A stretch of DNA of 64,000 nt. It comes from a bacterium. GTDB lineage: Bacteria > Patescibacteriota > Patescibacteriia > Patescibacteriales > UBA12465. A program made the translations under genes and the position numbers. Of the stretch, positions 50,871 through 59,655 are shown in pieces (position 1 is the stretch's first letter; each line of letters begins with the position of its first letter). The stretch is taken from the NCBI GenBank assembly GCA_035414245.1, contig DAONYH010000003.1, forward strand, positions 17,630-81,629, read 5' to 3'. The notes under the pieces were generated by a model. That model worked only from the letters and a program-made list of their open reading frames with translations. It did not search any database and had not been told where the DNA came from.

Positions 50871-51335
50871 ATGTTAGTGATTAAATTATCAAAAGTAGGA
50901 AAAACAAACAAAAAAATGTTTCGCCTAATTGTTTCCGAAAAAAGCCGTGATCCTTATGGTCATGTTTTGGAAATCTTAGGTTCTTATAATCCCTATTCTA
51001 AGGAATTACAGGTTAAAGAAGAACGTGTTAATTATTGGCTAGGAAAAGGCGCGCAGATGACCGCCACAGTTAATAATCTTTTGGTTGGGAAAAAAGTAGT
51101 AGCTGGTGAAAAAGTGGTCGCCTCTAAAGCTAAACCAAAAAGTGAAAAACGTTTAGCGCAACTAAAAGTTAAAGCTGATAAGAAAGAAGCTACTGCTCCA
51201 GAACCAGCTCCTGCTGAAGAGGCGAGACCTGCTGAAGAGGCGAAACCTGTTGAAGAGGTAAAGTCCAGTGAACCTGAAATTAAAGCTGAAGAGACAACCG
51301 CTCCGGCCGAAAATAATGAAACAAGTGCTAACTAA
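50871..51335 (+). CDS. rpsP: 30S ribosomal protein S16 with low-complexity C-terminal extension
   Basis: MLVIKLSKVGK...FRLIV...ILGSYNP...YWLGKGAQMTATV. Confidence 0.94.
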   Translation: MLVIKLSKVGKTNKKMFRLIVSEKSRDPYGHVLEILGSYNPYSKELQVKEERVNYWLGKGAQMTATVNNLLVGKKVVAGEKVVASKAKPKSEKRLAQLKVKADKKEATAPEPAPAEEARPAEEAKPVEEVKSSEPEIKAEETTAPAENNETSAN

Positions 51336-51382
51336 TATTGTTTTTAGTCATTATTACAACATAACTTACCAATATTAGTAAA

Positions 51383-51410
51383 TTGACAAATTGATAAAGT
51401 ATGTTAGAAT
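51383..51410 (+). promoter_or_regulatory. Sigma70-type promoter for khpA
   Basis: TTGACA-16 nt-TAGAAT with an extended TG. Confidence 0.6.
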
Positions 51411-51499
51411 AATTTATAAGACTGTTAATCTACAGTTATTTAATAAATCTTTCTGTTTTGAACAATTTATTGATCAATAACAAAAGAGTAAGAAAAAAT

Positions 51500-51826
51500 A
51501 TGGAAGAACAAGACAAGAAGTTTCTTGAAATTATCGTCAAGAACATCGTGGGCAATCCTAATGATGTTGCCGTGGAAAGAACGATTGATGAAAGAGGTGT
51601 ACTTTTAACCCTCAAAATCAATCCCGCTGACATGGGTTATGTCATTGGACGTAAAGGTCAAACCGCACAAGCGATTAGAACTTTACTCAAAATTGTCGGT
51701 GCGAAAAACAACTCTCGCGTCAATTTAAAAATTTATGACCCAGAGGGTGGCAATCGTCGTTCAAATGAACGCCATGATCGTCGCGATGATATTGATACTT
51801 CAGCAATTGATGATTTAAAAATCTAA
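51500..51826 (+). CDS. khpA: KH-domain RNA-binding protein KhpA
   Basis: DMGYVIGRKGQTAQAIRTLL; position after rpsP; likely start ATG at 51500. Confidence 0.88.
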   Translation: MEEQDKKFLEIIVKNIVGNPNDVAVERTIDERGVLLTLKINPADMGYVIGRKGQTAQAIRTLLKIVGAKNNSRVNLKIYDPEGGNRRSNERHDRRDDIDTSAIDDLKI

Positions 51827-51837
51827 AAAATTGTATA

Positions 51838-51873
51838 AACAAAAAGACCCTGTCAAAACAGGGTTTTTTTGTT
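51838..51873 (+). terminator. Terminator after khpA
   Basis: AACAAAAAGACCCTG-TCAAAA-CAGGGTTTTTTTGTT. Confidence 0.75.
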
Positions 51874-51893
51874 ATACTGATTACATAAGATAA

Positions 51894-52571
51894 ATGTTTA
51901 TGAAATTTCAAATAATTAGCATCTTTCCGGAAATATTTAAGTCTTATTTAGACGAAAGTATTTTAAAAAGAGCACAAGCAAAAAAAATTATTAGTGTTAA
52001 AACTCATGATTTACGTTTTTACACTACAGACAAACACAAAACGGTTGATGATGCTCCTTATGGAGGTGGGGCGGGTATGCTCATGAAAATTGAACCGCTT
52101 TATAAAGCAATTACCGCTTTACAAAAAAAGAGCAAGACTCCAAAAAACAAAAGAAAAATAGTGCTTTTGTCGGCCAGCGGAAAAAAATGGAATCAAACAC
52201 TGGCGACTAAATATTCTAAATTAGCCGAAGTAATTTTTATTTGTGGTCGCTACGAAGGAGTTGACGCTCGTTTAAAAAATTTTATTGATGAAGAGATTTC
52301 TATTGGTGATTATGTTTTGACTGGCGGTGAATTACCCGCTTTAGTAATGATAGATTCAATCACCCGACTTTTACCCGGAGTATTGGGAAATAAAGACAGT
52401 GCTTTAGAAGAATCACATTCACAACTTGGCTTAGGAGAATACCCACAATACACGCGACCAGAAATATTTATCGCCCAAAATAAAAAATATCGTGTTCCCA
52501 AAGTTCTGCTCTCTGGTAATCATCAAAAAATTAATGAATGGCGAAAAAAGAAAACGAAAAAATTAAAATAA
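51894..52571 (+). CDS. trmD: tRNA (guanine37-N1)-methyltransferase
   Basis: DDAPYGGGAGM, CGRYEGVDAR, SIGDYVLTGGELPA, EYPQYTRP, LSGNH. Confidence 0.97.
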   Translation: MFMKFQIISIFPEIFKSYLDESILKRAQAKKIISVKTHDLRFYTTDKHKTVDDAPYGGGAGMLMKIEPLYKAITALQKKSKTPKNKRKIVLLSASGKKWNQTLATKYSKLAEVIFICGRYEGVDARLKNFIDEEISIGDYVLTGGELPALVMIDSITRLLPGVLGNKDSALEESHSQLGLGEYPQYTRPEIFIAQNKKYRVPKVLLSGNHQKINEWRKKKTKKLK

Positions 52572-52619
52572 TTAAAAGAGGAAAGCTGACATAATTAAAA
52601 AGCAAAAAATCAACATAAC

Positions 52620-52647
52620 AAAACACCCGAAAAAATCGGGTGTTTTT
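52620..52647. terminator. Probable bidirectional terminator trmD/nrnA
   Basis: AAAACACCCGA-AAAAA-TCGGGTGTTTTT. Confidence 0.8.
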
Positions 52648-52666
52648 AAAATAATAACTTATATTT

Positions 52667-53668
52667 TTATTCTTTAGATTTAACTACCGACCAACCAGTA
52701 GCTGTTTCCTTTAAACGACCAATAATAGAAAAACCAGCTGCTCGTCGATGTCCCCCGCCATTAAATTGACGTGCCAACAAAGCTACATCAATCTCATCAG
52801 TATTAGTTCTTAAACTACCCTTCACTTTTCCCTCTTCTTCTCGTAAAAATAAAGCGACTTTAACTCCTGATAAATAACTAATAAAAGATGCAATGTCGCC
52901 AAAAATATCAGTCGCAGCCGCTCTTTCTTCAGCACTCAATAATTCTTTGAGTTCTTCATTAGTTAAGGCGGTATAAGCAAAACCGGTTTGCGGATTGAAT
53001 TTTAATTTTTCCAGAGCCCGACCCCAAACTTTGAGCGTGGACAAACTACTACTCCCTCTAACCTTACTACTTAATTTATTTAAAGAAGCGCCTTTAAGTA
53101 ACATCTTGGAAGCAATCGCCAATGCTTGGTGCGTAGCGTTAGCGTGAAGAAAATGACCAGTATCAGAAATTAAACCAATTAAAATACACTCCGCAACCGT
53201 TTTATTAATAGCTAAAGAATTAGCCACAAAAAAATCATAAATCACTTCCGTGGTAGAAGCTTTTTTCGGTAGCCTGATTTCTAAATCAGCAAATTTATCT
53301 TGAGGTTGATGATGATCAAATTCAATAATATAAGGTCGCTCTGGTAAAAGCAGTAAGTTATTAATTTCCTCAAGTAAACCCGTCCGCGCCAAAGAACCGC
53401 AATCTAAAATAATAATCAGGGAAAAATCTTCTAACTTGCCGGATATTGTTCCGGAAACTAGTTGTGAATGCGGAATGAAGTCATAAATACCAACTGGTTT
53501 ATTTTGCGCATAAGCGCTTTTTTTAATCTTTAAAGAATCTAAAAGCTCGCTCAAAGCGCCGATTGAAGCTAAAGCATCAGGGTCAGGATAATTATGCCCA
53601 ACCAGTAAAATTGATTGGGCATTTTTTATTTTTTGATAAGCTAATTGTAGTTTTTCACGCTCAGTCAT
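52667..53668 (-). CDS. nrnA: DHH/DHHA1 bifunctional oligoribonuclease/pAp phosphatase
   Basis: HNYPDPDA, LDCGS, FDHH, SDTG, GSLR, GGGHRRAAG. Confidence 0.88.
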   Translation of the reverse strand: MTEREKLQLAYQKIKNAQSILLVGHNYPDPDALASIGALSELLDSLKIKKSAYAQNKPVGIYDFIPHSQLVSGTISGKLEDFSLIIILDCGSLARTGLLEEINNLLLLPERPYIIEFDHHQPQDKFADLEIRLPKKASTTEVIYDFFVANSLAINKTVAECILIGLISDTGHFLHANATHQALAIASKMLLKGASLNKLSSKVRGSSSLSTLKVWGRALEKLKFNPQTGFAYTALTNEELKELLSAEERAAATDIFGDIASFISYLSGVKVALFLREEEGKVKGSLRTNTDEIDVALLARQFNGGGHRRAAGFSIIGRLKETATGWSVVKSKE

Positions 53669-53712
53669 AATCTTTTTCCATCTACTTATAACCTATTATC
53701 TTATGCTAAATT

Positions 53713-53746
53713 TAAAAAAAAGTCCAGTCCGAAAGACTGAATTTTT
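53713..53746 (-). terminator. Probable terminator after rbfA
   Basis: A-tract + CAGTC-CGAAA-GACTG hairpin; U-tract on the minus strand. Confidence 0.6.
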
Positions 53747-53805
53747 CCTTTATTTTATGGGGTTTTTACGGTTATTAATTAGTTAGGACTAAAACATTAT
53801 TTTAA

Positions 53806-54147
53806 TTATTTATCTTTATTTTCATTGGCCTGACGAATAATCTCTTCTAATTCGCTGGCTTCTTTTTCAGTCGCGTCAAATTCCCAAACTAATTTAGGTA
53901 GTTGACGCAAATTAGTTCTTTTTTTCAAAATCTCCACAATATTTTTAGTGCTGGCAATTAATTTTCTGAAAGCTGTTCCCGCTAATCTGTCTGGCAAAAC
54001 TGAAAAACCGACTTTAGCACGTTTTAAATCAGTTGAACAATCAACATAAGTAATAGTAATCAATGCTTCAGGCATTACTAATTCACGATTAACTGCTGAG
54101 GCTAATTCACTGAGTAACAAATCATTGATTTTATCAATCTTGGACAT
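53806..54147 (-). CDS. rbfA: Ribosome-binding factor A
   Basis: ITITYVDCSTDLKRAKV...LRQLPKLVWEFD; directly after infB. Confidence 0.88.
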   Translation of the reverse strand: MSKIDKINDLLLSELASAVNRELVMPEALITITYVDCSTDLKRAKVGFSVLPDRLAGTAFRKLIASTKNIVEILKKRTNLRQLPKLVWEFDATEKEASELEEIIRQANENKDK

Positions 54148-54171
54148 GCTGGTTAATCCGATAATTTAAAT

Positions 54172-56145
54172 TTAAATTTTCTCCATTGATCGCTCTTCAA
54201 TATAAAAAGATAAAATATCACCTTCTTCAATTACTGGCTTGCCTTCAAACATCAATCCGGCCTCTGAATCTTTTTCCACTAAATCTACATCTTGTTTCCC
54301 GCTTTGCAGTTTAGTTAAGCGGCCAGTGGTTATTAAATTATCGCCACGATAAACTTCAACTAGACTATTATTTTTTATTTCTCCGTCTAAAACTTTACCA
54401 CCCACAATTTGACGGTGATTTTCCGTTCTAAAAATTGCTAATACTTTTAATCTGCCTAAATCAACACGCTTAATATCTGGTTTAACTAAAAGTTGCATCT
54501 CTTCTTTTACATATTCAATTAAATCATAGATAATAGAAAAAGTTTTGACGGTTACTTGTTTTTCGCGCAGTAAATTTTCCACCATCGGTGAAACTTTAAC
54601 ATTGAAACCTAAAATTTTTGCCTCTGAATCTTCAGCGCGCTTAATATCACCTTCGGTAATATAGCCCAAATTTTTGGCAATGACTTTTACTTTTACTTTT
54701 TCATTATTTAATTTCAAAAGTGATTCTTCAATAGCTTCGGCTGAACCCAAATAATCAGCTTTAATTATCACATTAACTTTTGGCGTTTGGTCATCAATAC
54801 TTTCCTCATTGCCAACTATTACATTTTCTTGAATGGAAGCAGATTTAATTTTTTTCACCCTCACCTTCTCTCCCTCACCCACAGTTAAAATATCACCCAC
54901 AGCCGGTGAAATCTTTAAACCAATTATTTTTGCCGGTACTGATGGACCGGCTGAATCAATATCTTCACCCTTATAGTTTTTCAAAGCTTTAACTTTTCCG
55001 TAAACAATATTATTAAAACATAACTGATCGCCAACATACAAAGTGCCATTTTGGATTAAAATAGTTGCTAAAGGACCGGCGCCTTTATCAACATTCGATT
55101 CAACCACTGTGCCGGCGGCGGCCGCTTCGGGATTAGCTTTTAAATTATTGGACTCTGTTTCCGCCACTAACAAAACCATATCCAATAATTCTTCAATGCC
55201 TGTACCTTCTTTAGCGGAAATCGGTGAACAAATTGTTTTTCCACCCCAATCCTCGGGAGTAATATTTAATTTAGTAGATAATTCTTGTTTAGTTTTATTG
55301 ATATCGGCCGTTGGTTTATCAATTTTATTGATAGCGACCAAATAAGGAATTTTAGCGGCTTCAATAATGCGAAAAGCTTCTACGGTTTGGGGCATGACAC
55401 CATCATCAGCGGCCACTACTAAAATAGCAATGTCCGCCACCTTAGCGCCTCGACTACGCATGGCGGTAAAAGCTTCGTGCCCGGGAGTATCAATAAAAGT
55501 TAACACTTGCCCTTTACGATGAACTTGATAAGCGCCAATATGTTGAGTAATTCCCCCTGCTTCACCAGCCGCCACATCGGTTTGACGAATGGAATCTAGT
55601 AATTTAGTTTTACCATGATCAACATGGCCCATAACTACAATGACCGGTGGTCGGGCAATTAAAGAATCTTCTTTTTCCAGTGCTAAAATTTCTTCTAACT
55701 TCTTATCTTCTTTTTCTGATTCCTCTAAATTACTTTCTTCAGCCAATCTAACATCTAAATTTAAATTTTCACCAATAATTATAGCTGTATCAAGGTCAAT
55801 TTTTTCATTGATTGAGGTAAAAACACCGTTTTTCATTAATTCCGCCAACACTCGATTAACCGGAATACCGGCAATCTCGGCATAAGCCCTGACTGTTAAC
55901 ACTGCCGGCACAAAAATGGTCTTTTTTTCCTTGGGTAAAACTTCATCTTGTTTCTTTATTGTTTCTGCCATTTTCTTTTGCTCCCATTCCCTTCTTAAAA
56001 CTGACCAATTTTTAATAATTTTCTTGGCCGTATTATTATCAACCTTAATCGCTTTTTGACCAATTGAAAAACCGAGTTCCGGCAATAAATCGCGTAACTC
56101 TTGAGGACTGATTCGTAAAATTCTAGCTAATTCAGTAATATTCAT
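54172..56145 (-). CDS. infB: Translation initiation factor IF-2
   Basis: [41 protein letters not shown]. Confidence 0.98.
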   Translation of the reverse strand: MNITELARILRISPQELRDLLPELGFSIGQKAIKVDNNTAKKIIKNWSVLRREWEQKKMAETIKKQDEVLPKEKKTIFVPAVLTVRAYAEIAGIPVNRVLAELMKNGVFTSINEKIDLDTAIIIGENLNLDVRLAEESNLEESEKEDKKLEEILALEKEDSLIARPPVIVVMGHVDHGKTKLLDSIRQTDVAAGEAGGITQHIGAYQVHRKGQVLTFIDTPGHEAFTAMRSRGAKVADIAILVVAADDGVMPQTVEAFRIIEAAKIPYLVAINKIDKPTADINKTKQELSTKLNITPEDWGGKTICSPISAKEGTGIEELLDMVLLVAETESNNLKANPEAAAAGTVVESNVDKGAGPLATILIQNGTLYVGDQLCFNNIVYGKVKALKNYKGEDIDSAGPSVPAKIIGLKISPAVGDILTVGEGEKVRVKKIKSASIQENVIVGNEESIDDQTPKVNVIIKADYLGSAEAIEESLLKLNNEKVKVKVIAKNLGYITEGDIKRAEDSEAKILGFNVKVSPMVENLLREKQVTVKTFSIIYDLIEYVKEEMQLLVKPDIKRVDLGRLKVLAIFRTENHRQIVGGKVLDGEIKNNSLVEVYRGDNLITTGRLTKLQSGKQDVDLVEKDSEAGLMFEGKPVIEEGDILSFYIEERSMEKI

Positions 56146-56199
56146 GAAAAAAATGTAAAATATAATTAAAAAAGACTAAAAATAGCGTCTTATTTCTTA

Positions 56200-56228
56200 A
56201 TATTACTTTAATTTTTCCTTTTAGTCAA
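56200..56228 (-). promoter_or_regulatory. Sigma70-type promoter for infB
   Basis: Minus strand TTGACT (56228-56223), 17 nt, TAATAT (56205-56200). Confidence 0.6.
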
Positions 56229-56252
56229 CTAAAATAGGCCTAAATTCAAATA

Positions 56253-56281
56253 TTTACAAACTAAAAAACTAGTGCTAAAAT
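56253..56281 (+). promoter_or_regulatory. Sigma70-type promoter for the ncRNA/rny unit
   Basis: TTTACA-17 nt-TAAAAT with extended TGn. Confidence 0.6.
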
Positions 56282-56307
56282 AGAAATAGATATTATTATT
56301 TAATTAC

Positions 56308-56524
56308 CTGTTTTTGGAAAATCGGGAGAAAATAGCCGTTGTTTACGGAAAAACATTATTTTTTGAAGATAAATTAATATTATGCATTATCACAGATTTT
56401 CGCTGACATTAAACAAAAAAATTAAAAAATTAACTAATCTTCTCAAAGTAACGCTTTAAAAAAGCGGTTGTTTTATATTAAAATTGAATATTTTTCTCAG
56501 ATCTCCCAACCGTTCCAAAAACGG
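56308..56524 (+). ncRNA. Long imperfect rod-like structured RNA upstream of rny; candidate 6S RNA (or rny leader)
   Basis: Nested pairings: CTGTTTTTGGAA(56308-19)/TTCCAAAAACGG(56513-24); GGGAGA/TCTCCC; AAAATAGCCGTT(56329-40)/AGCGGTTGTTTT(56463-74); TTATTTTTTGAAGAT(56356-70)/ATCTTCTCAAAGTAA(56437-51). A bubble separates the last two stems. Confidence 0.55.
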
Positions 56525-56535
56525 CCAAACATTAT

Positions 56536-58059
56536 ATGCAATTTTTAAATTATGCTCTGTACCTGGTTTTGGCTATTGGCGGTTTTTTTATTGGATATTT
56601 ATTCTACAAAAAATCAGCTGATACAAAAATCAATAGCGCCAAAGAAAGAGCTGACAAAATCGTTAATGAGGCGCGCATGAAGGAAAAAGAATTACTCTTG
56701 AAAGCTCAGGATAAGGCAATCAAAGTAATTGAAGAATCAAAACGTGAAGAATCACGAAGACGTAATGAAATTCAACAAATGCAAAAACGTCTAGAGCAAA
56801 GAGAAAATTCCTTTTCCCAAAAACTCTTAGAGTTACAAGACAAACAACAAAAACTTTACGACAAAGTGACAGAAGTCCAAGAAATTAAAGAGAAAATTAA
56901 AAGTATTCAAGAAGAACAATCAGCTAAGTTGGAAGAAGTATCTAAATTGAGTCGTGAAGAAGCAAAAGAGCTGCTAATAAAAGAAGTGGAGGAAAAATCA
57001 GCTGAAGATTTAATGATTCGTATCAGAAAACTGGAGCAAGAAAGTGAAGATAAAATTGAAGAGAAGTCACGAGATTTATTGGCTTCAGCTATGCAAAGAA
57101 TGGTTTCCTCTTACACAGTTGAACTTACCACTACTACTATTGATTTACCCAATGATGAAATGAAAGGGCGTATTATTGGTCGTGAAGGACGAAATATTAA
57201 AGCGATTGAGAACATGACTGGCGTGGAAATTATTGTTGATGACACCCCTAACGCTATTACTGTATCCGGTTTTTCCTTAATTAGACGTCATATTGCGAAA
57301 AAAACTCTGGAATATTTAATAAAAGACGGGCGTATCCATCCCACTAAAATTGAAGAAGCAGTGGAAAATGCTAAAAAAGATATTGCGATTGACATTAAAA
57401 AAGCAGGTGAAGAGGCGATGTATGAAGTTGGCGTCACCGGCTTTGATCCGAAATTAATTCAAATTTTAGGACGTTTAAAATACCGCACTAGTTATGGCCA
57501 AAATGCTTTACGCCATTCAATTGAGGTCGCTCATTTATCCGCTATGTTAGCTAACCAACTTGGAGCTGATGTTACCTTAGCTAAAAAAGGCGGCTTACTT
57601 CATGACATTGGCAAAGCGGTTGATCATGAAGTTCAGGGTAACCATACTGAAATTGGCCGTGACATAGCCAAGAAATTTAACTTGCCACCGGAAATAATTG
57701 CTCCTATTGAAACTCATCATGAAGATCATCCTGCTTCTTTAATCTCGGTCATTGTTAAAGTAGCTGATGCCATCTCTTCTGCTCGTCCGGGTGCGCGCAG
57801 TGATAGCTTTGAAAACTATTTACAACGCTTAGAGGAGTTAGAAAAGATTGCTTTAAGCTTTGAAGGCATAGAAAAAGCCTATGCCATTCAAGCTGGGCGC
57901 GAAGTGCGCATCTTTGTTCACCCTGAGGAAATAAATGACCTCAAAGCACATAATTTGGCTAGAGATATTGCAAAAAAGATAGAAAATGAGTTAAAATACC
58001 CAGGGGAGATTAAAATCAATGTAATTCGGGAAATGCGAGTCACTGAATATGCCCGCTAA
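56536..58059 (+). CDS. rny: Ribonuclease Y
   Basis: N-terminal TM, coiled coil, KH (MKGRIIGREGRNI), HD domain (RTSYGQN..HSIEV, LLHDIGKA), YAIQAGRE. Confidence 0.97.
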   Translation: MQFLNYALYLVLAIGGFFIGYLFYKKSADTKINSAKERADKIVNEARMKEKELLLKAQDKAIKVIEESKREESRRRNEIQQMQKRLEQRENSFSQKLLELQDKQQKLYDKVTEVQEIKEKIKSIQEEQSAKLEEVSKLSREEAKELLIKEVEEKSAEDLMIRIRKLEQESEDKIEEKSRDLLASAMQRMVSSYTVELTTTTIDLPNDEMKGRIIGREGRNIKAIENMTGVEIIVDDTPNAITVSGFSLIRRHIAKKTLEYLIKDGRIHPTKIEEAVENAKKDIAIDIKKAGEEAMYEVGVTGFDPKLIQILGRLKYRTSYGQNALRHSIEVAHLSAMLANQLGADVTLAKKGGLLHDIGKAVDHEVQGNHTEIGRDIAKKFNLPPEIIAPIETHHEDHPASLISVIVKVADAISSARPGARSDSFENYLQRLEELEKIALSFEGIEKAYAIQAGREVRIFVHPEEINDLKAHNLARDIAKKIENELKYPGEIKINVIREMRVTEYAR

Positions 58060-58060
58060 C

Positions 58061-58089
58061 TTGCCAATTATAATTAAACTAGCTAAAAT
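58061..58089 (+). promoter_or_regulatory. Sigma70-type promoter for HU and the downstream tRNAs
   Basis: TTGCCA-17 nt-TAAAAT, ending 9 nt before the HU ATG. Confidence 0.55.
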
Positions 58090-58098
58090 CATAACAAT

Positions 58099-58386
58099 AT
58101 GAACAAAGCGCAACTCATCGACAAAATCTATCGTGAAGTCGAGGGCTTGAATAAAAAACAGGCCGAAAAAATGATTGATGTCTTAACCAACACCATCATT
58201 GAAGAGTTAAAAAACGATCGTGAAGTAACTATCGCTGGTTTTGGAACATTTTTATCCCGAGTTCGCTACGCGCGAGGCGGTGTAAATCCCCAAAAACCAA
58301 ACGAGAGAATTACTATTCCTGAAGTAAAGGTGGCTAAATTTAAGACTGGCTATCATTTGAAGCAGGCCTTAAAAGGTCGCCGATAA
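58099..58386 (+). CDS. hup: HU family DNA-binding protein
   Basis: MNKAQLI...VTIAGFGTF...ARGGVNPQ...ITIP...KFKTG..LKQAL. Confidence 0.93.
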   Translation: MNKAQLIDKIYREVEGLNKKQAEKMIDVLTNTIIEELKNDREVTIAGFGTFLSRVRYARGGVNPQKPNERITIPEVKVAKFKTGYHLKQALKGRR

Positions 58387-58441
58387 TTTGCCGCCCTTAA
58401 ACGCTAGACAACCCCTCTAATTGCTAAGGGCGTGTTGTTGT

Positions 58442-58515
58442 GCGCTCGTAGCTCAACTGGATAGAGTACTTGGCTTCGGACCAAGGGGTTGCAGGTTCGA
58501 GTCCTGCCGGGCGCA
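58442..58515 (+). tRNA. tRNA-Arg(TCG)
   Basis: GCGCTCG/CGGGCGC acceptor; CTTGG-CTTCGGA-CCAAG anticodon arm; GGATA D-loop (A20). Confidence 0.93.
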
Positions 58516-58536
58516 CCTTTTTCATTACAATTATTG

Positions 58537-58610
58537 GGCTGGGTAGCTCAGCTGGTTAGAGCGCGGCACTCATAACGCCGAGGTCGCGGGTTCAATCCCC
58601 GCCCCCGCCA
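58537..58610 (+). tRNA. tRNA(CAT), probably elongator Met (Ile2 not excluded)
   Basis: GGCTGGG/CCCCGCC acceptor (U4xC69 mismatch), CGGCA-CTCATAA-CGCCG (A31xC39), A73. Confidence 0.85.
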
Positions 58611-58639
58611 CTTTTTATTTAAAAAATTAAATACCAAAC

Positions 58640-58751
58640 TGACTTACGGAAACCGGCTGTAAAAAAATTTTCTGTATTGATTTACGGAAACTGGTGATAA
58701 AGAATTTTCTGTATTGATTTACGGAAACTGTTTATAAAAAAATTTCCGTTA
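58640..58751. repeat. Three tandem 37-38-nt palindromic repeats between tRNA-Met and tRNA-Lys
   Basis: TGACTTACGGAAACCGGCTGTAAAAAAATTTTCTGTAT / TGATTTACGGAAACTGGTGATAAAGAATTTTCTGTAT / TGATTTACGGAAACTGTTTATAAAAAAATTTCCGTTA. Confidence 0.88.
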
Positions 58752-58756
58752 GATAG

Positions 58757-58832
58757 GCGCTCATAGCTCAGCTGGTAGAGCAGTTGCCTCTTAAGCAAAC
58801 GGTCGTAGGTTCGAATCCTACTGGGCGCACCA
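58757..58832 (+). tRNA. tRNA-Lys(CTT)
   Basis: GCGCTCA/TGGGCGC acceptor, TTGC-CTCTTAA-GCAA, encoded CCA. Confidence 0.94.
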
Positions 58833-58872
58833 AGAGCAGGCCAAATGCCTGTTTTAATTTGTTAAAATAATT

Positions 58873-59478
58873 ATGATAAATCTTATCATCTTTGGTTCTC
58901 CGGGTGCAGGCAAAGGAACACAAGCCGAGTTAATTGCTGAAAAACATCATCTTTATCATATTTCTTCCGGTGAAATTTTACGAGCCGAATCAAGTTCAAA
59001 AAAATATAAAGAAAGTATTACTAAATTTATTAACCAAGGCTCTTTGGTTCCTGATGATTTAATAATTGGAATTATTGAAAAAAAAGTCAAAGAAAAAATA
59101 AAAGAACCAGGGTTAATTTTTGATGGCTATCCCCGAACCATTAGGCAAGCTTCATCTTTAAATAAATTACTTAAAAAACTAAAATCACCTTTAACAGCAG
59201 TAATTAATCTTCAGCTTGAAGAAGAAGCGGCCGTAGAAAGAATTCTTAGTCGCGGCTTATCCTCGGGACGAAAAGATGATAATTTAAAAGTGATAAAAAA
59301 TAGATTTAAAATTTACGAACAAGAAACCAAACCTTTATTAAAATATTACGCTAAACAAGGAAAACTAATTACTATTGATGGTCGCCCCAGTATCGCTTTA
59401 GTCAATAAAAAAATAAATGCGCTGATTAAAGATTTACAAAAAAATCAAATAAAAACCGAAACAAAAATTAAAAAATAA
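58873..59478 (+). CDS. adk: Adenylate kinase (short, LID-less type)
   Basis: FGSPGAGKGTQ, HISSGEILR, GSLVPDD, FDGYPRT, SRG...GRKDD. Confidence 0.93.
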   Translation: MINLIIFGSPGAGKGTQAELIAEKHHLYHISSGEILRAESSSKKYKESITKFINQGSLVPDDLIIGIIEKKVKEKIKEPGLIFDGYPRTIRQASSLNKLLKKLKSPLTAVINLQLEEEAAVERILSRGLSSGRKDDNLKVIKNRFKIYEQETKPLLKYYAKQGKLITIDGRPSIALVNKKINALIKDLQKNQIKTETKIKK

Positions 59479-59487
59479 ATTATTAGA

Positions 59488-59530
59488 AATAAAAAAAATC
59501 GGACCTAAACTACAGGCCCGATTTTTTATT
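59488..59530. terminator. Probable bidirectional terminator adk/recA
   Basis: AATAAAAAAAATCGG-ACCT...AGGC-CCGATTTTTTATT. Confidence 0.7.
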
Positions 59531-59601
59531 GAATTAATTATACTTGCTTTATTGAAGCAATTATTTTCCCGAAGCAATCAACCAAACAACCAAGGCGACT
59601 A

Positions 59602-59648
59602 CAAATAATGACAATTGCAACTGATGACAATCACAACTGATGACATCG
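59602..59648. repeat. Three 16-bp degenerate tandem repeats downstream of recA
   Basis: CAAATAATGACAATTG / CAACTGATGACAATCA / CAACTGATGACATCG. Confidence 0.75.
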
Positions 59649-59655
59649 CATTCAG

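Noticed and set aside
58640-58751. CRISPR array
   Set aside because: Only 2-3 repeat copies, 'spacers' of about 9-10 nt that resemble each other, and no cas genes in the window. Kept only as a repeat.
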